Source: Aplysia californica
Lineage: Eukaryota
Direction: 5' to 3'
Assembly: GCF_000002075.1 (NCBI RefSeq)
Contig: NW_004798466.1
Coordinates: forward strand, 5,750-69,749
Length of the DNA stretch: 64,000 nt
In this document: positions 11,838 to 23,900 of the stretch, piece by piece
How positions within the stretch are numbered: position 1 is the first letter of the stretch
Layout of the letters: every line of letters begins with the position of its first letter
Position numbers and translations under genes: made by a program
Notes under the pieces: generated by a model
What the model saw: the letters and a program-made list of their open reading frames with translations, nothing else
What the model was told of the DNA's origin: nothing
Databases searched by the model: none

Positions 11838-14651
11838 TTTTGCCCAGTGAAAGAGCCGCGTCTGATCATGATGAGATAAGAATTCATTATAGCATCTTCA
11901 CTTTCGTCTGTCGGATTTTTGAAAAAACAAACTCTTTGAACATTTACATTGTATTGATTTGCCAATGTGCACGAAACTTTGCATGGAACTCCTGTAAGCA
12001 AGCAACCAAACAGAAATTTGATACCAAAAAAAATATATTAAAACATTTTTGATCCAGCATTTAAAAAAAATTCTTCATTTAGGCTCTAATATTCAACACC
12101 GCCCATTCGGTGCACAGGCCTAAACAGGATCATTACAATAACCGATTACAGTAATCTAGCGTACAGAAACTGCTCATTTTGAGGCAGCGACACCACCCTG
12201 CCCCCNNNNNNNNNNNNNNNNNNNNNNNNNNNNNNNNNNNNNNNNNNNNNNNNNNNNNNNNNNNNNNNNNNNNNNNNNNNNNNNNNNNNNNNNNNNNNNN
12301 NNNNNNNNNNNNNNNNNNNNNNNNNNNNNNNNNNNNNNNNNNNNNNNNNNNNNNNNNNNNNNNNNNNNNNNNNNNNNNNNNNNNNNNNNNNNNNNNNNNN
12401 NNNNNNNNNNNNNNNNNNNNNNNNNNNNNNNNNNNNNNNNNNNNNNNNNNNNNNNNNNNNNNNNNNNNNNNNNNNNNNNNNNNNNNNNNNNNNNNNNNNN
12501 NNNNNNNNNNNNNNNNNNNNNNNNNNNNNNNNNNNNNNNNNNNNNNNNNNNNNNNNNNNNNNNNNNNNNNNNNNNNNNNNNNNNNNNNNNNNNNNNNNNN
12601 NNNNNNNNNNNNNNNNNNNNNNNNNNNNNNNNNNNNNNNNNNNNNNNNNNNNNNNNNNNNNNNNNNNNNNNNNNNNNNNNNNNNNNNNNNNNNNNNNNNN
12701 NNNNNNNNNNNNNNNNNNNNNNNNNNNNNNNNNNNNNNNNNNNNNNNNNNNNNNNNNNNNNNNNNNNNNNNNNNNNNNNNNNNNNNNNNNNNNNNNNNNN
12801 NNNNNNNNNNNNNNNNNNNNNNNNNNNNNNNNNNNNNNNNNNNNNNNNNNNNNNNNNNNNNNNNNNNNNNNNNNNNNNNNNNNNNNNNNNNNNNNNNNNN
12901 NNNNNNNNNNNNNNNNNNNNNNNNNNNNNNNNNNNNNNNNNNNNNNNNNNNNNNNNNNNNNNNNNNNNNNNNNNNNNNNNNNNNNNNNNNNNNNNNNNNN
13001 NNNNNNNNNNNNNNNNNNNNNNNNNNNNNNNNNNNNNNNNNNNNNNNNNNNNNNNNNNNNNNNNNNNNNNGTTAAGTGTGTCCCGCGCGCTCATATATGA
13101 CCGTATGCAGTTGTCAGCGCCGTAAAACATTTTTTTTTAAAAAGCGTTTGATTTTGGAAATGAAGAGCAGAAACATAATTTAGGACAAAACAAGTGAGGA
13201 ATATAAAAACTTTTTTTTTTAAAATGATGCTGGGATAGATGTTTGCCTTGCACTCACACTAGAATATAATGATGCAAGTACTTGAAGAATTTGGGCTCTT
13301 TAAGTTCTTTATATTAGGTGTGAAACTGTCCTCTTAGTAATATATGAGAAACAATGGGAGGAACTCAAAATCTTCTTTGCTGCCTCCTTTTTTATAAGAT
13401 TGTTCTCATCACCATGATCAAAACCACCCTGACTCTCCGATCGACCATGTCAAACTTAGCAGTAGCGTTAAATGTCGTCCCGTACGTGGCTGAAGTTTCT
13501 GCGCGACAATTGTAGCTCGTCTGTTGAGACCCTAAGGTGTACGTTGAAGTGTGGAGTTTGTGAAAATATGTCAACCTTTATATTTTATATTTCAAGTCAG
13601 TGTATGCTGTAAACCTTCAATTATTTTTGTTTAGCCGCTTTGGGCGTAAATCAAAGAAACCGTGTCGGAACCTTGGTTTACAGTGATCTTTACTTAAAGG
13701 GCTTTTAGATTCTGTTGATCATTCAGCTTTTAGACCTGCATGAAAAGACCTGATGAGATTAAACAGAGCAATTAATTTGTTTTTATTTTGTTTTAACTGC
13801 GGCCAGACGAAAGTGAGCAAGCTAAAGCCGATCCATTCACAACAACAAGGTAACTTACGTGTCTGCTTGGAAGCGTTCAGGCTACGTGCAATGGCGTTGG
13901 CGCTCCGCTGTACACTGCTGTTGATGCAGGGTTTTTGCTTCAAATTATAAAGAATAGCTTACTGAGAGCTCTTACACAAGTGGATGTCAGAGAGAGACCA
14001 AGACAATAATAATATCTGTTTTGTTGTTGCTGTTTTCCCCTAGAGTATCTGTGCCGGGCTACAAGTGGCGAACCACGACAGCTGATGTCTGCTTCCGATC
14101 TGACATAAATAAATTGATGATGATTGTAGGCTAGATCTTATAGCATAAGTCCTTGGTTATTTTTCACTTTTCAAGAGTGACTTCCCCTCGATCGTGGACA
14201 ACCACCGCGGATTTGGAGTTCTGAGTTTGGAGTTGAAGAAGAGCAAAACACGGGTTTCTAATGAATGAACATGTTTGTGGTGGTGTTGTTGGTAAGTTTG
14301 AGTTTGTGGTTGCTGTTTTTTGCAAAGTGAGCCTGCTCGATCTCTATTTCAGTCGAACATGGCTGGTGTGCACTGTGACTGTCACTGTCAGAACCCAGGT
14401 CCGTGCCGGCCAAAAAGCGTGCCATAAATTTTAAAAGGCAATTATTATGCTTTTTAATAATAAGTCAAGTCCAAATTAAAGAGCTTTATTAAATCATTAA
14501 GACGTTGTATTTAGCAAGGCACTTGAGTTGCCTTCTTCCTAATGCCTAATCTGGAAGAATTCTGTATCGTCGCTACTACAACAACTACAAAACCTAGATT
14601 CTCTAGAGATCTACCACTATTTTGAAGTGAAGTAGATTTCTAGAACTAAGT

Positions 14652-14831
14652 AGGGAAGGACTTCCATACGAGCAGCCACCCTCGCAAATACAATAAAGAA
14701 GAAACCTACCCTACCCCTTACCCTAACCCTAATCCTACCCCTAACCCTACCCCTACCCCAAACCTTAACCCTCTGTCCTACTCGCAACTCTAGCTGTTTC
14801 ATAGTAACTCGCTCGTTACGGAATTCCTCCC
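14652..14831. mobile_element. Small MITE with internal degenerate (CCCTAA)n tract
   Basis: Imperfect TIR gggaaggacttccatacgagc / gctcgttacggaattcctccc; structurally similar element at 46586-46770. Confidence 0.55.
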
Positions 14832-17293
14832 GAAATAAGACTGTACTAGAGTAACAGAAGAGGGTTAGGGCTCGAGACGCTTGGAACTTTATGACTATAA
14901 AAATAGCCTAGGCCTAGTTTTTATTATAGATTAATAAGTTAGAACAATAGACTCTGCAATGCTCAAATTATATGAATGTTTAAAAAATCAAATTTTGTTG
15001 ACTCATTTTTTTTTCCCTTTACCAGATTTGATTTAGAATCTAGATCTAGATTAGATATAGGCTAGATCTAAATCTAGATCTATACACCAAAGCCCCCTCC
15101 CCCCCCCCCTAAAAAAAAAAATTAATTAAATTGCCAACTCTAGAAGGCCAGCAGATTTTTTTAAAAATTGTTCAATGTCATTCATCATTTAAATTGTTTT
15201 GTTTCACCACACACAGTTTCCTTCCCCACTTTGTGTTTGGTGCCTGCAGTCATCAACAGTTTAAGTTGTAGATCTAGATCTAGATCTAGATCTAGTAAGA
15301 ACTGTCTGTGTGGTTGGTTGTCTTACTTTGTCACAGCAGTAAATATTGATATGTGCTCATAGTCATAGTGCTTTCCTCCCTACACTCAATGACAGAAGTT
15401 TGAACCTGTAAATTTTCCATGTGTTTCGTTTTCCCTCTAGCAAGTTGGAACAGTCGCCATGGCTTTGTCTGTTTTCCCTCCTGGTGACATGCAAGAAAAG
15501 GTCCTGAATTGGGGATTTTTCTGTCTTTTTTGGAACATCAATTCCTGCTTGCGTTGTGTTGTAACGAACGATAATTAAACTAGATCTACACACCTTCAAA
15601 TGAAATTTGTTGACATGACTTAAACTTCAACATCACCGAAAGAAAAACAAATCCTTGGAGCACCTTGCCAATTAAAATTCCTTTTTTTTTAACGAACTAG
15701 ATCTATAATATATTAAATATATACTCACCTATAACTATAACTCTGAGCCGGTGATAGCAACACTGTAATGTCTAATTACTCTGGGAGACTCCATCCAGTG
15801 AAAATACCAGATATCGTCGGTCGCCTTATTCAATTGTGAATTTCGCTCAAGGCAAATTTTATAGGAGAGGGGAAAAAATGATTTTCTCCATCATAATTTA
15901 GGTCCAAGACATAACTAAATTGATAAATCCAGTCCTGTGCCTTTTGGAAATAATACTTATTGTACAAGATAGTCATTCTTTCAAAAAAGTGTGGGATTCA
16001 CGATTTGCGTTTTTTAATCTCGCCTGATGCGATAGTGAATTCATGATTTAATCAGTTGGCTTTATGAAACGCCATATATTGAATATTGTATTCATGGTTG
16101 TCAGGCAGTGTGTTTTCTTTAATTATTATAGAGGCCTGATACGCTTAAAAATACATGAAGGCACTCAATACTGTTGTAAAAAAATTTTACAAGATCAATT
16201 TAAAACTGAGTATGAAATTAACTCTCAGAGTGAAACAGAAAGCTATTCTTTATTTTACCACTCTAATCATCTATCATTCTTACACGATGAGAGTGGGATA
16301 TTATAAAATCTTATTCCTTCATTCGCAAGCTCTCTCTCTCTCTCCCTTTCTATCTTTCTTAACGTGAGTCATACATGCCAACTGATGAGATCGTGATTTC
16401 CACAAAGGTGTGGGATTCACCGTTTCATCTGGCAACTTTTGGGGCACATTGTTTATTTACGTCAGATTACATTGAGATAATTAACCCTCATCCTGCGGGA
16501 GCCGGGTTTATGTAGCCCGATAAGCCTGTTTCGGCACCTCGCCTGCGTTCTGGTCCCGAGTCAGTGNNNNNNNNNNNNNNNNNNNNNNNNNNNNNNNNNN
16601 NNNNNNNNNNNNNNNNNNNNNNNNNNNNNNNNNNNNNNNNNNNNNNNNNNNNNNNNNNNNNNNNNNGTTTCGGCACCTCGCCTGCGTTCTGGTCCCGAGT
16701 CAGTGTAGCTCCTGGCTCAGCGCACGCGCAGCGCGCATCCTCTTACGTGTCATTCGGGTCCCGAGTCGGATCCCCATTCACGCAGGTCAAGTGTGTGCGC
16801 GTCAGTCTTCTTGAGTTTGTGTGCGTTTGTGGCCTTCTTCTAGAACCACCTGCGTTGGTTCGTAATCGAGGCATACGTCTCATTCAAAACATGCCAAGTT
16901 GATAGCTCTAGATGTTCGTCCAATGAAATTATAGAAGAAATTGACCCACTTAGACATGAGGAGCTCGAAAGGATAGTCAGGAAACAAGACTTCCATTTTT
17001 CTATACAAAATATTTCAAATGAGCTTGATTTTGTATGAAATGATACTACCTGATAAAAGATGAGCTTGTTTAATAGTTTTGAATACCCTTGTGCAGGTAC
17101 AAAGAACAATTTGAGTGTAAAACATTCGGAAATTGACCTAAAAAATTATCCCTTTTTGAACCTCAGGTCATTCATAACAAGAGCGTCCAGAAAGGTTATT
17201 CAAATGGGCGTAACTACTCGTAATGTCTTATCAGCTTGTGAGAGGGGGGTTATTCATGTGTTTGTAACACTTTATAAATAGAATGCTATGAAG

Positions 17294-17916
17294 TAGAGGT
17301 GTGCGAGTCCAGCATATTAAGATTCGAGTCCACACTCGAGTATCTGCTCTGGACTCGAGTAATTACTCGAGTAATTACTCGAGTCCCACGGCTCTTAAGA
17401 CTCGAGTAATTACTCGAGTAATAGTATCCCGAGAGGGAATTTTAATGGGTTTCAAAAAAAGTTTTGTTGAATATCGGACAGAAAATAGAGTGTCTTCCTA
17501 AGAGGGAGCTTGAGTAGGCTTATGGCAATTCTAGACACATGCTGTTTATACCGTATTTATTTTATTTTATCTTAGGAAGTGGCTATTCTCACCCCAGGTG
17601 AGAATTAAAAATGTGATCAACCTCTTACCCCGGGTGAGACTTGCCAGCGTTGGCTATTCTCACCCGGTGTGAAACAAAACCGGTTTTTCCTAATTTCTGA
17701 ATACTTCCTATAGGGGAGGATGATTAAATAGACAAACCCCTTTTTAAAAAAATGATATTATAACACAAAAGTAAAACTAATTTGGTCTACAAAGATGCTA
17801 CGGCTATTTCACTTTTAGAATAGAGCCGAACTACCCTAATCGGCATTTTGTTTTGCCCAGAAGTTCTCGCTATATCAAGGCTACTCTCTCTCTCTGTCTC
17901 TCTCTCTCTCTCTCTG

Positions 17917-17978
<62 letters not shown>

Positions 17979-18645
17979 ACATGCCCGCAGATAAAATTGC
18001 ATGTTTTTAACACAAGAGAACTGGAACGTTTGTTTACACCACAGAATTCAATAGAAAAAAAGTGTAGATCTAGAATTCTGTGGTTTACACTGGGTATCAC
18101 GGTAAACGCACACTGGAAGAGAATAGCCAAAAGGCTCGCTCTCTCACCCCGGGTGAGGGAGAAGCTTACAACTGTATAACAACTAAGCTAGAATAGAGGT
18201 GGTCTTTATCTTATTTTTTCTTTTTTTTTTTTTTTTAAATAATTCTCTGTTACAACAGTAAGAATAAAATGTACACAGACTGTAAACCTCAGACAGTGCA
18301 CTTCATAAAAAAAAAGAAGTTTGATTGGTCATCGTGGGCTTTTAACAGTGGTTTCCTTTTTGCTTTTTTCTGGGATTTTTTTTCGTTTTTTTCCTTTGGG
18401 GGAAGGAATTTTTTTGTTTTTGTTGTTTCTTTTCCTTCAGTTTAAAAAATTGCTTATTAGAATGTTTCTTTTATCTATTCTTAACTTTTTTTAAAACCAA
18501 ATTTTTCTCCTTTTTTGTTTTCCCCCTACAGACTCGAGTCTGGACTCGAGTCCTTACTCGAGTAAATTACTTGTGACTCGAGTCTGGACTCGCCGCATGT
18601 ATTACTCGAGTACTCGAGTCTGGACTCGTTACTCGCACACCTCTA
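17294..18645. mobile_element. Non-autonomous hAT element with subterminal ACTCGAGT palindrome arrays
   Basis: Perfect 15-bp TIR TAGAGGTGTGCGAGT/ACTCGCACACCTCTA and perfect 8-bp TSD CTATGAAG (17286-17293, 18646-18653). Confidence 0.9.
17574..18165 (+). mobile_element. Interspersed element with CTCACCCGGGTGAG palindromes and internal (CT)n, nested in the hAT element (possibly HINE/Helentron-like)
   Basis: Homologous along its length to 51010-51763 in opposite orientation; superfamily is inference. Confidence 0.7.
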
Positions 18646-19428
18646 CTATGAAGGATAGAGCGTTATTTTCATCATCAGTTAACACACTCCCGCGGTATTC
18701 ATGGCGGCCTGCCCGGCGAGTCCGACGTAATCGGTTGCTGATAAGATACGCATCTGGGCACAGACGCAGGATAAGAGTTAAGAAACAGTTTGACAGGGAG
18801 ATGTATCTCACTGAGCGCTATCAGAATATGCTCCGAAAAAAACAATTTTCGAAAAATTGTAGAATTCACAGTTTTATCGGGCAACCGACTATGTCGCATT
18901 TTAAGAAAGTGGAGAAAATGAAAGTTCAAAGTGTGAAAGTCTGTGTCTCATAGTGATTTTTAAGCGTTCTTTTACCTTACATAGCACAGCATGTAGTGAG
19001 GTTATCCATGGGATCATTTGCAGAGAAGATAGTTTGATTTTTAGATAATATTACAAGGGAAAAAACTTTTATTTTAAATTGCGACATATCACATCAGGTT
19101 TTTCATCTAGAGTCTTCATTTACCTTAGTATTGTCTATCCTCAGATACGCTGAGATGACAAGGGAGCTAACGTAGACACTCAGGACAGACAAGGAAAAGT
19201 ATAGTGTGAATGGTTACGCCTTTGGGGCTGCCAAAACAAGAGAAGGAAAGACATTTTTAACTTAAAATATATTTCAAAATGGTCATTTTTGTGATCTTAG
19301 CACACTGATTCATCAAACGAATTGATTTAGATCTTGTCATGCTGGTTCTTCAAATGGATCAGTGAAATGACAATCATCGATTCTATACCTAGACAGTCCA
19401 GATCTGTTATCTTATTCTCAGCTGCAAA

Positions 19429-20945
19429 ATGGAATTACCAACATTATTATCAACTGCAACCTGGCAAAAGTTTTATGAGCATTATGGAAAGTTTGCTAAT
19501 AGAAGAATTCGGAAGGACACTGGTCAGTGGAGAGAGATGAGTCCTGCAGGTGGTGGGATGTCCTCTCTGTTTTTGTGGGTCGGCAGAGCCCTGGCTCCAC
19601 AGCTGTTTCGTTCATCAGGGATCTGCCAAGAAGACATGCAGAAAATGGATAGTTTTGTTTTTCAGTTAGAACGAGATTCTTTACTTGAAATTTACAACAT
19701 GTATATACATTTCATGTCAGAATCTTCATGTCGTCAAAAAGCCTCTGACAGTGGCAGAGTGGTGGATGATGTGAATGTTGCATTGCCTCAGAATGAGGAC
19801 AGGCTGGGTGTGGCGGTGGAAGAGCCCAAGGAGGGGATTACAACATCCAAGATGGCAGAGCTGTCCGTTGATGATGAGGAAGTCAATATGGAAGATCAGC
19901 AAGCATGGAAAACAAGTGCTAATAAGAAAAGAAAAAATAAGCTTCAAAGAAAAGACCACCAAACAAGACGGATGGAAATGGGTGTAAAATTTGGTGCTGA
20001 AAGTGAGAGTCAGTCGATGAATGATGTAGCAGAATCTTCTGACATCCTGCCAAGGGGCAGTGTTGAAGATGTTAGAGAGGTGACCACTGAGGTGAACCTG
20101 AGAGATCTAAATGTTAATGAAGAGAAGGGTACAGCACGTGGCAGTGATGTAGAAATGAACTCATATGCAGACAGTGGAGAGGATCATGTTACGGAAGAGG
20201 GGACTGCTGGAATGCCACTCAAACACTCAAGCAAGAGCAAAAACTCTGAGAATGAAAACTTAAATGACACATCATCTGATGGCAGAACAGAAGCCCCAGA
20301 AAACGATGGAGGCGCAGCCTTGAAGACTAAGAAAAAAGGTAGAAAGTTGAAGAAAGCAAAACGGGTCATCGTGAGAACTGCTTCACAAGGAACTTTGTCA
20401 GAGACGGTGACCGAGGATGTAGATGGGAACGTCCCAATTTTGTGTGCAGCATGCAAAAAAACCTTTTCCAGGTCGAGAGATCTGGTGGTCCATTGGAGAG
20501 AAACTCATGAGGAAGAGGAGGAGGATAAGGAAAAAACCCCCAAAGCTTTTCTGTGCAAGGAGTGTGGCAAGTCGTTCCGCGGGTTTTACAAGTTGCGGTT
20601 ACACTATAGAATCCACACAGGGTCCCGCCCGCACAGCTGTGAAGTTTGCGGGAAAAAGTTTCGTTTGATCAAAGGCTTGGAGGTTCATCGGCGCAGTCAT
20701 TCCAAAGAAAAGCCATTCAAATGTGACCTGTGTCCCGCCAGTTTCTCTGACAACAAGGGACTTAACTGCCACAAACGCTGGCACAAGGGAGAGAAAACTC
20801 ATGTGTGTGAGATATGTGGACAGCAGTTTTCTAACTCTACGAATCTTAGCGTCCACCTACGCATGCACTCAGGGGAGAAGCCATACAAGTGTGAGCTGTG
20901 TGATATGTCTTTCACGCAGCGCTCCACAATGAAGGCACATGTCAG
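19429..20945 (+). CDS. ZNF gene first coding exon (N-terminal domain, acidic linker, fingers 1-6)
   Basis: 506-aa ORF in the track ends at the donor site. Confidence 0.9.
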
Positions 20946-23900
20946 GTAAATCTTTTACTCTCTCACCTACACAACCCCCCCCACCACCCCCCACGCATCA
21001 TTCACTTACTTCTCAATGTACCAGCATTATATGTGGATGGTTGGAGAGCGCAACTGCTAGTTTCTGCTTCTTTTCTGTCCCTCTGTTGTTTGTTTCCATC
21101 TTTTTTCTTTCTTTTTCCCAGTTTAGATGTCCTTCTTCTTATTGTAGTTTTCAATGTCAAAAGCAACGTAATTGTAATAGAATTGTTTTCAATAAGTTCA
21201 TAAGCACTACATTACTAGGACTTTGTAGTGATCATAATTTTCCATTAGCAACCATCATAATTGTCAGTTTGAGAGAATAAAGTCTGTCTTGATGTGCAAC
21301 GTTTCAGTTCTCATTTACCTGTTTTTCTGAGATGTTATGAAATACTGGATACTGGGCAGTTTTTTTGAGGTATATGTTAGGGGGATCTTGAATTCGCCCC
21401 TCGATCAAAAAATAGGACACCAGTCGGAGAAGCTGAAGCTGTTCGTGAACTCGCACCCCCCCCCCCCCCATGGATCCATATAAGTAAATGAGGCAGTCGC
21501 ATAGAAATCGAGTACTTGCTACTATTGCAGCTGCACTGCATTGACGCATTGTGTGACCTAGAACAGACATCCTCTCTGCTCCAGACCATGGCATAGACTG
21601 AGCAGCCCCCTCTTCCCCCCCCCCCCCCCACACACACACACTTTTTTCTTTTCTTGAATGAAGCTTACATTACTGTTATGATGTCACTGAGCTTGAACCG
21701 ATTTTTGTGTGTGTGCACTTGATTCAAGTTTTGGGCGGTTTATCGATCACTGATGTCTTGTGTATTGTGTACACCTGCCGTGTGTGTGTGGATTAAATAT
21801 CCAACTTAAAATGATAAGTATATACCCCTCTTTGAAATCCTAATCTTACCTCCTAATGGTGAGCAGGGATAACTATAACATTGTACTTCAAATTAAGAAC
21901 ACACACACACACCCACACGCAATGCTCAGAGATATGAATGATTATTTACCAGTTTCGATACCCTATTTCTGTCATTTAAAAAAATATTCTATTAAAAAAG
22001 AGGGGTGAGTTAAGGTTCAAACTTTCCGCATGTAGGGCTGTGACGTCATGGGGGGGGTGAATTGCATTGCATCTGTCTGTTACCCCCACCCCCTCACAAA
22101 ACTGATTAATCTGCAACATTATTTTTGCCTTCAAAGTAGATGGACGGTGAGTGAATATAGAAAATAGAACTTTTCTCTACTAAACAGTAATTGTCTTGAT
22201 CGTGTTTCTTTTTTTAAAATAGTATATTTGGAAAGGGTGAAGATGTTATCATGATGATAAACCTTGCATAGCATAGAAAAGAAATAACTGTCTCTGAAAG
22301 TTTCTTTCTTTTCTCCCTTTCCTCCTATTTTATTGTTCTTCCATAATTTTGTTCATAATGCCGTTATTTGTCTTTGTGACACGTAAGATGTAAAAAATTA
22401 CTGTGGGTTTACTGTCTTTGGGTTTTGTTTTTGTGACCAGGGTTCACAAGGGAGACAAACCTTACAAATGTGAGCTGTGCGACTGGTCTTTTGTGGCTAA
22501 AACCCACTTGACCACGCACATGCGCACCCACACCCAGGAGCGGCCCTACAAGTGCTCACAATGCTCATTCACGGGCCCCACTCGCCACAGCGTGCGGACA
22601 CATGAGGTGACCCACTCGGCCAGCAAGCCCTTTGCCTGCCCGCAGTGCCACATGACGTTCAAGCGAAAGTCACACCTGCGGGCCCACTGCTTAACTCACA
22701 AGAAATACAGTGAGCTGCATCGCGACACGCACCACGCCAGTGTCCCCCCGGAAACCCCCCTAGACAAACAGGAGACAAGCCATGACCCTCAAACTGTGAT
22801 TTCTGGCGAGGCAACTCCGGAGCAAAAAGTCCCGCCTGAGTCCCTCCACACATCTGACCGCAGCAAACAGATAGGTCGGGACCCAGTCAAAACCGTTGTT
22901 CCACAGACAAATGTTCCGTCAATCACATCCTTGTTGCTTTCGAAACCACCCGAGGTAGGGCTCAGTACTCACGGTGAACATGTGGAAACCCGTCCTGGTG
23001 GATGGGAGCAGGAACAGGGTGATTCCCCACAGCACCATGGCCGTCACAAGTTTGACAAGCGCCATCGTCATCGTCGTCATCATCATCGTCGTCATCATCA
23101 TCGTCGTCAGCATCATGATGATCAGGAGCAACAGCAACAGGCGGGCAGCAACGTAGAGCAGCAGCCTTATCAGTACAGTCAGCCTCATCAGACGCAGCAA
23201 TATCAGCAACAACAGCTACTGCAACACCAGCAACAGCAACATCATCATCAGCAGCAGCAGCAACAGCAACATCAGCAGCAGCAGCAAGAGCTGCAACAGC
23301 AACATCAGCAGCAGCAAGAGCTACAGCAGCAGCAGCAGCAAGAGCTACATCAGCAGCAGCAAGAGCTACATCAGCAACATCAGACACATCAGCAGCAGCA
23401 AGAGCTACATCAGCAACATCAGACACATCAGCAGCAGCAAGAGCTGCATCAGCAACAGCAAAAGTTACATCAGCAACATCAGACACATCAGCAGCAGCAA
23501 GAGCTGCATCAGCAACAGCAGCAAGCGCTGCATCAGCAACAGCAACACCAGCAGCAGCAAGAGCTACATCAGCAGCAGCAAGAGCTACATCAGCAACAGC
23601 AAGAGCTACATCAGCAACAGCAGCAGCAGCATGAACATCAGAGCTACCACTCCTGGGTCCCCAGCGAGGTGGGTTCTGAAGGTACATTACCCTCCCAAGT
23701 GCCTGTGCCTCAGAGCGACTCCCCTCCCCACCCAGTCCCACTCCCACACCCACTCCCACACCCACTCCCACTCCCACATCCACACTCACAACCACACCCA
23801 CATCAGGGAGAGGGGTACGGCTACAGTCCAGAGCTCCTGGAACATCCGCATGTTCTCCCACCTCACCAGCGACGGCTCAGGGAGCTTGGAGAACTTTCTT

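Noticed and set aside
12174-13130. Long ORFs through N runs (also 6995-7648, 45791-46132, 56506-57135, 58441-58764, 60826-61833)
   Set aside because: Artefacts of assembly gaps translated as X.
13749-13815. CTGATGAG...GAAA hammerhead-ribozyme-like core (also ctgatga at 16382 and 53668)
   Set aside because: Stem II does not pair between CTGATGA and GAAA and no stem I/III with a cleavage triplet could be built.
14705-14770. Interstitial telomere
   Set aside because: Short, highly degenerate and enclosed by inverted termini; better explained as part of a MITE.
16481-19260. Possible large piggyBac-like element starting TTAACCCT
   Set aside because: No matching right TIR or TTAA could be identified and no transposase remnants are visible.
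22962-23861. 299-aa antisense poly-Ala/Val ORF
   Set aside because: Shadow of the CAG/CAT repeat of the ZNF coding strand.
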